From contig NW_020844944.1 of assembly GCF_003704095.1 (NCBI RefSeq), forward strand, positions 682,001 to 746,000: 64,000 nucleotides of DNA. The letters run 5' to 3'. The position numbers were made by a program, and so were the translations under genes. This DNA is from Pocillopora damicornis. Lineage: Eukaryota. Shown here piece by piece: positions 38,801-52,888 of the stretch. Position 1 is the first letter of the stretch. Every line of letters starts with the position of its first letter. The notes under the pieces were generated by a model that did not search any database, was not told the DNA's origin, and worked only from the letters and a program-made list of their open reading frames with translations.

Positions 38801-41800
38801 TCTCAACTGTAAAAATAACAAAAACAAAAAGTATAAAATCAAGTGCATAGTTTATATGCACTGCACTTGGCTTCTGAAAAGAGACCCAAAAACTACTACA
38901 ATGCAAAATATTTCTACCCATTTCATCTTCAAGAGAATCTCGAAACTGCAAACAAGATTTGCCAAAGATTCTAGGATACTGAGAATCCTCACTATAGGGG
39001 GGAGCAAGAGACACGCAAAAAAATCAAACTCTGCTTGATCAGTCCCCAACCTGTTTCTATGCCATCCTCTTCTTCTCGGTTCATTTCCACAAGAACTTGT
39101 ACAGTTGTCGTACTGTTGCCAAGGATTTCTTGCACCTCTGAATCACTGGGATCTGTTTGAAGCTGAGAATCAAAACCATTTGTTACTCCATCATGGATTT
39201 GATTAAAAAGCTGGACACCATCTGATCCACGTTGACTATTTTCAGGAAGAGAAAGACTTTCTGCAGGTGAACCTAGTACAAAGAGAATTTACAGGAAAAG
39301 AAAAACCTTCAATAAGAAATAGCACATTGAGATTTTCCTGTAGTAGGGTCAGAGAGGAAGGAATTTAGTTATGAAAGTTAGTTTATCTTATGGTAAAGAC
39401 AAGGATAAAAATTTGGTCTCAAATGAAATTAATTCTGATGTTTTTTACTGTTTTCTGCAGCCATAGTCACATTGATATAGTGATAAAAAAAGTTGAAACT
39501 TAATGACAAGCTTTAATCTAACAATGTGGGTCTGAGAGCATCTTAAGTTTTAAAATAATGTTTTTTCATATTTAAAAAAACCATGTCTGCCTTAACAAGG
39601 TGAAAGCTAGAATGTTTGTTCATTTTAATTGGCACAAAGTTGAGAAACTGTATGTAAACAGGTGAAGATTCTTTGTTTTGCTTTTTTTTTTTTTTCTTCA
39701 TTTCTCTGCAATATGACACATTCCTATAAAAGTAAAATGTTAAATGAACTTACATTTCAGTACAAGAAAAGAAAAGTCTTTGCAAATGATGGTACATAAG
39801 TGGATTACTTTGTTTGTGGAAGAAAGTCCACTGAAGACTAGTTTGAATGTATTAACACTATGTGACACTTGATAAGAACATATTTGGAACATCACTAAAA
39901 ATATTTAGAACAGTTTTGAAAATCTGATGTATCTTTGGATATGATCGAATAAATATACTCTTAATCAGAAAATTATGGTACTTAGGATACAAGAATTCCC
40001 TGCCTTTGACAAAAAAAAATCAGAGTGGAATGTGTATGGTGTATCTCAACTCACAGAACTTGCAGGCAAGATATTAAGGTAAAGATATGCACACAATTGG
40101 CCGCTAAAGAAAACATAACAATTTTAAAAAATCTTATCATATTCCATGGTACAAAGTTTAATAATATATACATTTTATAGAACAATTAAAAGTTATATCA
40201 TAATTTCTTATCCCTGTAAAATTGTACATTGAAAAATGAATCAAGCTCGACTGTGTAATGCTCTCCTGACAAAACGGTGAACAAAAATCCACAGAATATA
40301 CCTGCAACTTACTAGAACTGAAATTCATAACAGAATTATGCTTCAAATGTGTTAAAACTCTGAACAATTTTAAAGCTAACATTATATCTAAATGTTAGAT
40401 AATATGCATGAAAGCAAATTCATAATTTTTTTTTACCAATTGAAATTCAGTTCTTTAAAGTATACTGCAGCAATAAGCTGCATGTTATTGTTTCACCAAG
40501 GCCTCTTAGTCTAAAAATGGAAAGTATGTGACAATGAATATTTGTGTACCTGCATTTGACACATTTCCACATAAAAACAATCACTTGAGAACCTCCATAC
40601 ATATAAAACGAAAGCTAAAAGTAACATAATGACCCTCTGAACAGACACTCTTACCATAAACCAAATGAATATTTAAAAACTGCATGGATGAATTAAGTCC
40701 TTACTTTATACACAAAAGAGTTCACAGTCTGATATAAATAATACAGTGTCCACCGGTTTTGAAAAGTAAACTCCAACCATGTAATCAGCGGCGACAATCA
40801 TGTGTTCAAAATAGCATGCAAATCTAAAAATGATTTTATCTACCACACACTGGGCAGAACCTGTCTCTTGTCTAAAATGCAAATTTCAAACAGTATTTAA
40901 TTTCAGCAAACAAACCCCAAACAAAAGATGAATTAATTGAAGACAGAAGCCTACTTCTTGTAAAATTAAAAAAGGTATGTTTTGATAATTAAAAACAGCC
41001 AAGAAAGAGATCAAATGTAAAACTTATACAAATTAAAAAAATTTATTAGTGGTATTTAATTAAAATATAGGGCAAGACAAATTTCTTGCTTCATCATCAT
41101 AAGACACATTTACAAGTAGAGTTTTCACATTGCAAGTCCTCTATTTAGCAACAATACTAAGATTGTTTTTTGCAAAACATAAAACAATAATTATTTGTAC
41201 GTACAGAGGCAGGTGTAAATTTGCATATCAAAAAACAGCCAAAAGGACATAATAGGAAAAAGAGCAGCTGGAGGGGAAATAAAAACCTGAAGTCACTTAA
41301 GGTGAATATTATTTCACTCTGATACCTGTTGTAAAACTTCAACACAAGCAACAAAACTGGATGTCATGAAATTATGTAGAAAACATCATCACAATACCCA
41401 CAGAGGGTTGTGTACGTCTTTAACTCTGCACAAAAAAAAAATTACAGCTTCCCTATTTTTAATGATTGTAATTTCATAAAATGTTTTCATTTCGACATCA
41501 GATCGCCAGCTTATAATTTTTTTCATTTGCATGTGATTCCAATGTTCATTAAGTCTGCAATGTAAGACTCTATAGTGATCAATTTAATTCCAAAAAATAG
41601 GTAATATGATCAGACAGAAGAAGCACTATATATTTTTTTAGCCCTTTAAAGACTTATTCAACTCAGAGAATAGAGATTATTGAGCATGTATGATTATCCA
41701 AAATAAAATTTTTAGTACAGTTCAGTTATTCTAAATGTGGTCTTTGTTGATATCAGTTCAAAGAGCCAAAAATCTTCCTATAAAAATCTTTATAAGTCTT

Positions 41801-44800
41801 GTAACATAAATTCAATCTCACATTTTTTCAAATTCACATCAGACTTGCAATGGTACATCTTTTAACTCTTAATAACCCCTCAGAGTGTCTAGCACCTAAT
41901 TTCTCCTCACAATATCACCCCTGAATCACATATTATGACGTCACAAGAAAAAAGTAAAAGAAAACCAACTAATTAAAGAACCCCTTGATTGTTAAACAAA
42001 TTCTCCTTGTCAGAACCTCAGCAAATGTATGGAGAACAGTATAGAGAATATGCATACTGATGGTATGCTTTAAAGAGTTCAACCTGAGTAGGGTTTAAAC
42101 AATTATCTACACACTAAGACAAAAGTTTTCTCGGGAGAGACCTATGTAAACCAATTGTGATATTGAGTTTCCCAATAATCTTCATCAAGAAGTGATCTAC
42201 ACAGGAAACCCAAGTTAAGGTTGCCAACATCAGCATCATTACTTTTCCCACAACGATGATGGTCTGTGTTTTCTAAAGATTTTGTAGTAGCAATGCAGAC
42301 AAAGGAAAAAATGTATTCCAGAACATGACAGGTATTTGACTGCTTTGTCTGATTCTGTTAGTTATGAGTAAACCCCTTAATTCTCTCCCTCCCAAGATCT
42401 AATTAGAAATTCTCCTCACTGTCCCCAAACAATTCTTATGATGATAGTTTAGAGAATTTGTCATTGGATCAACTAATAATCCCCTAATTGGTACTCTTCT
42501 TTATCATCATCATTTGTCTGCTTGATATTGTATTGATACATATATTGTAAGGAGAAATTCTGTCTTGGTCACTCATGTGAGTTAAAGGGTTAAATTTCTT
42601 TTCCTCAGGTGGGTTATGCATTCAATTATAGTCTTCTTTCATCATAAAACATTAACCTTTTTATGTTGTAACTACAAAATCAGAGCAGAATTACCTTTTC
42701 TCATTGGTACTTCTGTAGCAAGAGGATTTTTAGGATCATGAGCCATTAACAACTGAGAGCAGACAGAGTGGTGTCCCTGTTGAGCATACTGTAACGGAGT
42801 TCCACCATGTTTGTCTTCAGCTTCCTTGTCACTTTCAAGTCTCAGCAAATGAGCAACACAATCAGCATGCCCAGTAGCTGCCGCCCAGTGAAGAGGAGTT
42901 CTATCACACAAAAATAAATAATGTTATAGACACTTCATTTTTTTGGAAGTTGCAAATGTTTTCAAAGATGGACTGATAAACAGATTAGTTCCTAGAAAAC
43001 ATAGATTATCTTTACCATCAGCCAAGGTACAATCAGTTTTTCTTGATGCTATACTGTTGAGTGCAAAATGATCATAACCCTCTTTGTGCTATAACATCAA
43101 TATGTATTCTCTCCACACTGTTCCAAAGTCAGAATCTAAGCAACTGCTCACCTTCCCCTCCCCTAATCCAACAACAGTCGACTGATAACTGGTGAGGGTT
43201 ATTGTTGAGTTAGGGGAGGGGACTAGGTGCACAGCTGTTCAGATTCTGAGTTTGGTCTGCTTTCATAAGCTCAATGACCGGGGTTTAGTTCAAGAACCTC
43301 GGTATACATATTCTCCATACTGCTCTGTATACTTTTTCTGAGGTGCTGACAAGGAGAATTTGTTTTACAATCAAGAGTTTCCTTAGTTTAGGATCATTTT
43401 CTTTATTCTCCTGACCTTAACATTTGATTCAGGGGTTAAATTGTAAGGAGAAATTAGATGCTAGTCACTCCTAGAGGTCAAAGGGTCAACAGCCACAGAG
43501 TGATTACCACTTAATAATGATAAATAAAGTAATGTGCATGCCCCACTACGAGATTACCATCTACATGTGTTATCTGATTGACTCTTATTACCTGCCATCA
43601 TTATCCAAGGCTTCAATATTTGCAAATGGGACAGCAGTCAGTTCAACAAGGACATAATACTGTCCTGCCGCAGCTGATAAGTGAATGGGTGACCGTCCTG
43701 AGAAGTCTTTTCCATTGACAAGGTTGTGACTGTCGCACATTTCAAGCATCACTTGACAGGTTGATACATAGCCATTCTATTGGAGAAACAATGCAATGAT
43801 AAAAATATTATTAAGTAAAATTCAATTGCAAAATGTTCCAGTTTGGGACGGTGTAGTCAAGATCAAATTACATGCAAGCCTGTTCATTTTAGTAATAAGC
43901 CATTGAACTCTTAGGAGTGAATGGGTTCTGATCTATCCCAACAGTGTCACCTTAAAATCAATTGTACAGGTCAGGAGAATAAAGGAAATGATCACCAATT
44001 TGAGAAGCTTCGATTTGTCAAACAGATTCTCCTGGTAAGCACCAGAGGAAATAAAAATTGAACAGTATGGAGAATTTGCATACTGATGTTAGATGTAAAA
44101 GGTTAAAGATGTATTTAACACCTGAGCAGCCCAGTGGAGAGGTAATTTTCCAGCTGTGTCTCGTGACAGAAGATCAGCTTTCTTTTCCAACAGCAATCTA
44201 ACATGACCTGTCCTGCCATGGAATGCAGCCCAGTGAAGTGCTGTCATTCCCTACAATAAAAATTAACTTTACATTCAGTATTTATAAAACTGATTTTTGC
44301 TTCTTTTCTGCATTGTATATATTGTTGTTCCCCTAGCTTTCCTTTCTATTTTTCTATCCTTGTTTGTTACATAAACAGTGGTTAAATGAATAATAAAACT
44401 CTGTTGTTGATGTGGTGAATCATGGTTACAGGATGGATTGACATGCATAACACACCTTACCTCATTATCTCTAACATCCACATCTTGAAGTGACAAATGC
44501 TGCAGCAGAACTTCAAGAGACCTGTGTGGCAAAAGAGATATGTCAAGCAGAATTAATTGCCATTCATTCAATTCTCAACCATTAATTTCATACCCTCCCA
44601 TTCAACTTCCATTGGCTCCCAAGCTGAAATAGTAATTCCTCTTATTAGTCAGTGTTGCAATGGAAACTGAAATCATAAGCTCCAACTAGATCAAGTATCT
44701 CACCTTGTTTCATGCCAACTTTCCCTGTGGAAAATAACTGACTCAACGAGTCCATATATATTTGGCATTCTCTTGCCAATGTACCAACCTAGAATTACTC

Positions 44801-47312
44801 CACCATAAACTACACCACAATATGTCACCTGAGGGAAGATCTTAGTGTCTCACCCATATTAAAAGCATGCCAAGCACAGAGGTAGGTTACTGAGCTAAGA
44901 AGCACCTCTCAATATCAAATTGTTAATTCTGCTCTGTAGCTGCTTCAGATTTCCTTGTAAATTAGTAATGAGAAATTGGTGTTAGATCATGATAACAACT
45001 TCTATCTGTTAGTTTGAGTATTCTCATACTCAATTTAGCAACAAATGAGATAAGGTCTCTTACAGAGAATCTTAAAACGTTTTGAAGTTTCCAGACATTA
45101 TGTTTATTAGATTCAGAGAGGTCAGGCTAAACAGAGAGCTTATATACAAAAGAAATATTAATATTATAATATTTAAAAAAAAATAATGATTGTGTACTTT
45201 TCATTGCTGAAGTATGTTGCTGCATGAAGAGGAAGTCTGCCATCATTGTCAGCAATTAAACAATTGGCACCTTTTGCAAGTAGGTAATACAGACCAGCCC
45301 GCCAGCCCTTAGGGATAAAGAATTTTTGTTATTGCATGAATAAACAATCCAATAAAATTTGTTCAAGACATCTTATAATAATTGCTACTTCAGTTGGGGT
45401 ATTCAGATTAATTAATACCAGCTGATTAAGAGGCCAAATGTGACACTGAAATTGTCTTCTGACAACTGGCTATAAAATGTTTATTCTCACAGTCAATTTT
45501 CAGTCTCACTTGCATTCTACCAACAGGTCTCAATTTCTAATCACGGAAGTACAATAATCATAATCCTATGCCTATATATGACAGGTTCATAAAAATTCTA
45601 AAATACCCTACTTCTTCAAATTAAAACCCAGGAGCCTGTTAAAATGTCAGCTTAAAGGAGGGGCCCTGATTGGAAAGGGGGGTGCTTGATCAAGGGTGGC
45701 GCTTATCAAGAAACTATGAAACTGTATTGATTCTGCTGTTATTGAAGTAAAGTTACAGATAAAGTGGCTATAAAAACAGGTTTTCTTTGGATTGCTATTC
45801 TCATTTAAGGATGTAAGGGAGGAGAGTCAGGGAAGTAGGGCACTTGGGCACAGGTGCTTACCACAGTGATTCAATTTAGCAACTGAGGAGCTTATTGACT
45901 TTGGCTAACTGTAGGGCACTTGCTTATTAAGGACATGGTGCTTATTGCTTTTTTAGGGAAACAGCAGAATGTGAAGCAAAGCTTTGATGTTTATTTAACA
46001 GAGGATCAAAAAAGATTGGAAGATGGAATTGTTGTCCCTCAGGATACTTTGTATGTTAGAATGACTTGCCAAGCAATGGCTGCAAAGTTTCTAAGACAGG
46101 ATCTTTTGTTCTTTGAAAGAACTGTGCACCCATGGCAACATTAGATAGTTGAGAAACTGAGACAAAGATCACCTTTTGTGTTGTGAGACTTAAAGTGAGC
46201 AATTTATAAAGGAAGACGGACCAGTCAGTTGATCTCAATGTTCATGAACTCCTACAGTGCTACTACTGAAACAGAATAGGGATGTTTATTGGAATGAGGG
46301 TGCTTACTCAACAGGGGTGCTTATTGACAAAAACAAATTCAAGGGGGGTGCTTATCAGAGAGGGGGCACTTATTGGAAGGAAGGCTGCAAATAGAATCAT
46401 TATGGAATCATCGGAGAAATACAATATAAGATGTAAAATATAGAAAAATTGCTACTGGCTGCTACCTGATAAGCTGCCAAAGCAACTGGAGTCCTTCCAA
46501 CATTGTCACGTGCATCAATATTTGCACCAGATGTAACAAGGAACTGAACACACTCTAAGTTATTACAGCTTGTAGCCTGGAAAAGTGGTGTCATCCCCTC
46601 ACTATTCTTGCCATCTAAAAGATCTTTAACAAAAGATACCATGCAATAATTTAAATATATACTTAGAGCAACAAGTCAGGTTCAACAGAAATATGTACAG
46701 TACATATACTGTAACCTTAAATGTATACAGCTGTTTGTCAGGAAAAAAGAAAAAAGTGCATGCAATAATGTTATAAATAAATAAATTAATCTAACCCATG
46801 ATGCCTCATCATTACAGAGATGTTTTCTCAGATTTCTTTGAAATCCTGAGGTCAAAGAACTGTAACCTGATGGAATATTTTTTCACAATACCTTTCAGGG
46901 TTGTAGTGTACACTCTTCAATCTGCCAACCTTTCTGGAAACAGCTGTATACATTTCACCCCTGTGACACTGCAGAGTGTCATTCATATTAAGTTACAAGA
47001 GACATTCTAGCTGTTATAATTAATACCATGCATATGACCTTCACCCAACACTTTTATGTTAAAGACCAGCCACAACCAGTATTAATGTTCACCCCTCGCT
47101 TTTAATAGTGGCCTTATTAAGTGGCTTTGGACATTGTGAGATCTACAATGTTCATTAGCAGACTATTAGGAAGACAAGGAACTGTTTACAAGTAATAAAC
47201 CTCACAACAAACCTATATCCTTTGCAATCTCCTTCTTCAACTCTTTTAAATCGCCCTTCATCACCAGCTGATGAATCAACATCACTCTTCCTGCCATTGT
47301 TGTCTGCATCAT
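35341..47312 (-). CDS. ANKRD55: Ankyrin repeat domain-containing protein 55-like (ankyrin stack + disordered Pro/Lys-rich tail)
   Basis: Ankyrin exons 47312-47213, 46623-46466, 45307-45198, 44521-44461, 44250-44122, 43776-43592, 42900-42695 carry [30 protein letters not shown] and [16 protein letters not shown], matching ANKRD55 as I recall it. Tail exons 39272-39051, ~38639-38574, ~37664-37487, 36752-36415, 36047-35905, 35628-35569, 35468-35341 are less certain. A probable non-coding first exon ends near 50535. Confidence 0.82.
42373..42589. mobile_element. ~200 bp MITE in an ANKRD55 intron
   Basis: Same internal sequence as 14454-14653; ends GAGTTAAAGGG|TTAA. Confidence 0.8.
43128..43250. 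repeat. Palindromic mini-element
   Basis: Left arm tcagaatct.agcaactg..cacc..cccctcccctaa.ccaacaa pairs with right arm ttgttgagttaggggagggg..aggtg..cagctg.tcagattctga. Confidence 0.7.
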
Positions 47313-50300
47313 TGGCTCACAGATAGAGCCTCCTATAGATAGGAACATTTAATAAGCAATAAATATCAGTCACTCATTACCTAAAGTCATCTATAGAACT
47401 CCAAGAAAGAAAGCAAGAGTCTTGAGTCACCTGCTGATCAGGATGGTATGTAAACTTAATTGTGAGGTCAATGTAATCTGAGAATGCAATGGGTGATACC
47501 TCTGCAAGAAATTTCTCATTACAAACTATTTTGTGTCTAACATACAATTCTTTTTTTATCATACTGTAACTCACATTCCTTGCTCTACTGGAATTAAAAG
47601 CTTACTAGACAGTAAATTAAGCAACAGACTTCACTTTCTATCAGGTTACTGGCATAATCACCCATGCAGAATGATGAAAGAACTTGATAAAAGTCTGTAA
47701 ATCACAAGCCAGATGTGAGTGATCGACAAACTTTATAAGTGTTCCCTAAACATCCTAAGTGGTTTATTTTGTTTGTAAACTGGTAGAAAGTGTTGCTCCA
47801 TTGCTTTTTTAAAATCAACTTAAAATTTTTCTATTTTCTATGGGTTTACCAGTGCAAAAAGGATAGACGGTTTTTGACCAATCAGGGCACTTGTAATATC
47901 TCATGATCACTTACTTTGTGAAAAACCTTATACAGTTCGCCATTCATAACACTCAGTGCCATAATGAAATAAGGACCCTTAAACTCCCTGATGTGATTAA
48001 AAATTTAACTTCTCATTGCAATTATAAAATAATTCACACAAGCAGGTGAAGAGAATAACCACTTCAATCAGCTATAGAGAGGGGGGAGGGGATTAAAATA
48101 ACCTTCATGAATCATGATACTGAGCAAAAATTTATCCTCACTTATTTACAAGGAAATGCAAGGCACTTACACTTGTAGAAAGCAGAGTTTCTAATTAAAA
48201 TTAAATCAGACAGTATGTTTCAATTTTGATTTATGAATTGGCTAACCTCTACATGACCCACTCTCAAAGACAAAGCAATTTCAAGTTTTCTAACTAATAG
48301 AGTCCAACCCCACTGCAATAGATCATAGTTAAATTTAAGCATTGTTCAACTAATAAAGTTCTTTCCAAAGAAACCCATTCAAGCTTTTGACTGCCTGAAC
48401 TCCTAACATCAACCTTTTAAGGAGTGATTGGTTTGGGAAAAACTGAAAGCATCCAATCTTTTTTTAAAGGTACATATACCTTAAGCCTTGCAGAAAACCT
48501 TATAAATACTACTGTTCAAACTCTGTTGAAACTGATATTCCAACATCATATTTTTAGTTGGGATTCAGATGCCAACAACATAATTCTATACAAAATCATG
48601 AGACAGCTGGCAGCCTCCTTCAACTTAAGCAAAGCAAACAACCAGCCTTTATCCATATGTAAATCAGTTTGAGATATCTTACATTAACTGAAGTCAATTA
48701 ATTCACCAATGATCCACCAGTATTGTTTTTTTAATTTCATTATTTTCATCTACCTATATTCATTCGTCTTGACCATACTCTGCAGAACATATCATGTTTA
48801 TGTACAAAGCAAAACACCAAAATTGATTGATAAGAATTAAGCCAAAATCTTGAAAAGCACTTTCTTTGAAGCTCCTTTGGCAAAACATACATAGTGGTTA
48901 AGACCAAACTTCCCAACAGACTTCCTAATTCACACACCTGCTGATCCCTGAATTTGCCAATTGGATCAAGATTTTCTGAGCCCTATTTCTTTCTAGGAAC
49001 CATTTTGAACCCCACTGATACTACTACCACAAGGCATGACTGATGAATGTTAGTAATTTTAGGGTATGTAAAAGTGCTGCAAATGGCAAAGATGGTACAA
49101 CTGGGAATGAAAAAATTTAATGTGTTGTTTAATCTGCATATGCAAAATTAACTTTCCAGATGGCTAAGTCCAGGGTTTTTATGGAGAGATGTTGAAGTAA
49201 GGTAATATTACAGAGTATAAGTCAAGCCAACTCTGAACTAGTCTTAAGAAGAAAAAAAAGCTTATTAAAGCTAGCAAATTTTACATTGTGTTTGAAGAAT
49301 GTCCAATATCTCTTGCTTAACGAACCAAATATAAATGGCCGAAATTCACCAAGCGCATGTAATATCGTTAACACAAACACATTTGGGCACCTTAAAGGAA
49401 GGACAGATTAGGTTATCGTATAGCTTAGGCTGTTCTTATCTTTAAATATCATCTGGCTAAGTACAGGAAGCATTTAGAGAGGAAAACCGTCCGCCAAAAC
49501 AAGTGTTAGGTTTTCTCAAATAAAAGTGGTCAGTCAGAAAGAGAAATTTTAGAGTCAAGAGCAATTTATTACAGCAACCATGCAATGCATGTATAATATG
49601 GAAGACAGTAAAGGGAAGATGTTATCTTTCCAGCAATTTTAAGAGAAAATCTTCCCTGTGTCAAAATCTGTCCTTGCTCCTTTAGGGCATATGTTACTTT
49701 TTTGTTGTTTTGAGGATAATGATTTTATGATCTATTGGAGATGTACAATATTACTTTCAACTGGAAATTCTCGTGATGAGATGTTTGGTTTATGACCAAA
49801 CGAATAAAGGCAAAAGTAGACGTTGATTATTCCTGCTTATCACTGGCGCAAATAAAATGCAAACAGTTTTAATTCGCCTTCTGATTATTGGAAAACTTTC
49901 ATTCAAAATCATAACTTTCTCAACAATCAACAGCAGAAATTTACAACTAATTGCACATGCGAAAATAAGAATTCTTTTCAAATCATGATGAGATGAATAA
50001 CCTTCTGCAAGATCAATATCGGATCTGGTCAGTAAAGGGAAAATGTTATCTTTCCAGCAATTTTAAAGGAAAATCTTCCCCGCGTCGTTTTCCCAAACAA
50101 GGCTGGGCGGCTGCACTGACGCAATAGTTTATGGAAGCAAAACAAACGTTTGAAACACGAGGTTAGTGTTTCCTACGGCGATACGTTTATAAAAAACCCG
50201 TCGAAAATTCAATTTTTAACGCCTCGAGAAGTTACGCCTAGGGTAATTGTTCTTTTTCTTTCAGATCATTAAATCGAATGTCATTTTGCTTGACAACAAA

Positions 50301-52888
50301 CGCATTTACGCACAGCTTATATAGTAACAACACAACAGTCATGAGTGAGACGAAATGAAAAGTAAACACATCGAGCATACATGAAATAGCTATGTCAAAC
50401 TCTATAAACTCGAATTGCTACCATAGTGCTAGACATCCGCAATTTTGATCTGAAAACAAAGGCCGATGGGCAATTGTGGACTTGATCTCGTTAGAATGCC
50501 GTAAAAAATGAACTGATTGCATATAACTACTCACGCGGGCGATCTCTCGGGCCACCGAAAGACAGATTCGGCATCTCTGAAGAAAAATTTTTTTTCAAGA
50601 AGTAGCTCTCCGATCAGCCGTCATCGCTTTGCAGCGCAGATCCTCTCTGATAAACTAGACCCGTCATCAACATATGTTTGCCTCCGGTGTTCGCCATACA
50701 CACAGGCCGGAAAACTTTTCTATTCGTCAGACGTGCGGACGAATCGTGAATGCTAAATCGAAAAGGACCTCCTTCGGAAATTGCGTACAACGCCAAAATC
50801 AAGCTTAATGACTGTAGATTACATAAAGCCGCTCAAATTTACCGTAGTTGTAATTGCAGCGAGATGCAAAATGAACGAGCTGCAGTGTTGTTTCGGTCAC
50901 ACTCCTCTGAGCGTAATTTAGCAGATGGCTCTTTTCCGATTGGTCGCCCGAACAATGCCGATTGAAAAGGACAGAAAACACCTGCTCAACATCCAAGTTA
51001 TGAGGATTTGACAATAACAGAAATTCATCACTTTCGAAAACCCGAAGAAGAGCTGTAATATATGTGAATTTGGGAAACAAAGCTTTCCCAATAATGACAA
51101 TCATTATTAGCTCCTTTATGTGCAAAAGGGAAATGAACGGACGTTCTCTTTTCAAAATTTACTCTGTGAACGCGACGGTTTCTCGTAAATTTTCAAGTTG
51201 ATTCCCGTAGCGCCATGACCATGTTTCGATATCACAATGTCACCTTATTGTTGGTTTTTTTTTCTCTTTTATTCTTTCGACCGTAAACAAAATCAATTTA
51301 AAACAGTCACTGAATAGTTTTTGCTCGATCGGGGAACTAAACCGCAGTTTCAACACCTCGATTAGAAAAGTTAACATGACACGATACGTGGATCAACAGT
51401 ACATAGACGTTATCGACAGGTTGTAAGAGGTCAAAAGGCCTTTCCTTCTTTTCAGCAAGAAAATCAACGATAAGAATTACACAAATGAATGGAAATGAGC
51501 CAAGAACTGCGAGTCTAACTACTAGGATAAAGCACCTAAAACATGCTGAGTTTGAGTTTCGAATATAGCATTCACGAAAAACGTGCGTTGAACTTTCAAA
51601 ACTGAAAGATAGAATTGTCGATTAAAACTCGGTTCTTTGAAAATAGTAAGAGTGAATCTAGAGGGTCTCTTGCCTTAGAATGAAAGCCCTTCGAGGAATT
51701 TACATTCAAACCCAATGAAGAAGTAACTCTTTAGTTGAAATGCATATCATTAAAGTTTTCGAGGTTATTTACCTACCGTGAAATTAAAACAACATTACAT
51801 GATTGACTTCTGATGGTCTTCTAGTGACCCACAAAATACTGTTTCTTCGATCAATATGGCTTCGTGTGCGAATTTATTCGCACAAAGTGAGAATCCGAAG
51901 CTGAAAAATTAATTATGCGTTGGTTGGTCATTAAAAGGGAGTCTTCTCGCGCTTAACGGTGTATGAATAAGTGACAGACCGACTCTTGATTTTGAGCGTG
52001 CGGTATTCATTTGTGATTATAAATCTCATTTCAGAATGGGCATAATTGTTCTCATGGCTTATTGAAAGACACTTAAACCTTGTTGATTTAATCGGGCAAG
52101 GTTTCTCAGTTGTAGACGGCGATTCTCAGGGAGAGATTGGGTCCCAGAGAGCTTCAACTGCGTTCCAAGGCGTGGTATTTGGTACCTTTTGCTAATTCCT
52201 CTGTGGAGGCGCTGAGAGTTAGGCCTGTCCTGATTGTGCTTGGCAACTTTTTGGGCAACTTTTGGCGTTTGGAGTAACTTTTTGTGGTTTTAGCTATTTT
52301 TGCCTTTCTTTGCGTTTCATAAGCCTATGGCCATCTTTATCTAATATTATAACGGATAATTGGCTAAAAAAACGTTCTGCAGGACATCATAGGAACCTAT
52401 GGCATCCCGTTAAATCTGAGTTTCAAGCTATTTTTCTTGACCGGTGTTTTTAAAGGAATCAGTGCGTATTATTGAAGTCTGAACTCTAGCTCTTGATGGA
52501 AAAAACTGTTCCATTTTTTCACCCGCCGCAAGAAAAACGAAAGAGCAAAAACAAGAGCAGGGATTCGGGGTAATTAAATAACCCTAATCATACTTTACAA
52601 GTCATCCAAAATATCTCCCAAACCAAGAGATTGTAAACATATCCTCTTACCCAAACTGATGGTATTGAAAACGGTCATCAGGCCCAGGCCCATGCTATGC
52701 TAAGTTTCATTAGAAAGCTGACACGATTTTCAGTCAGGATCAATACCACTTTTAATTTCTTTATGATGCATCAACGAACTAAGCAAAACTTTGACTTTGT
52801 AAAGAAAATGCTCTCTTCTTGTATGATCCATGGTAAGTTTGCAGCATGTAACAGTCATGGGTCCTTTCGTGTTTCAACAACGAACGGC

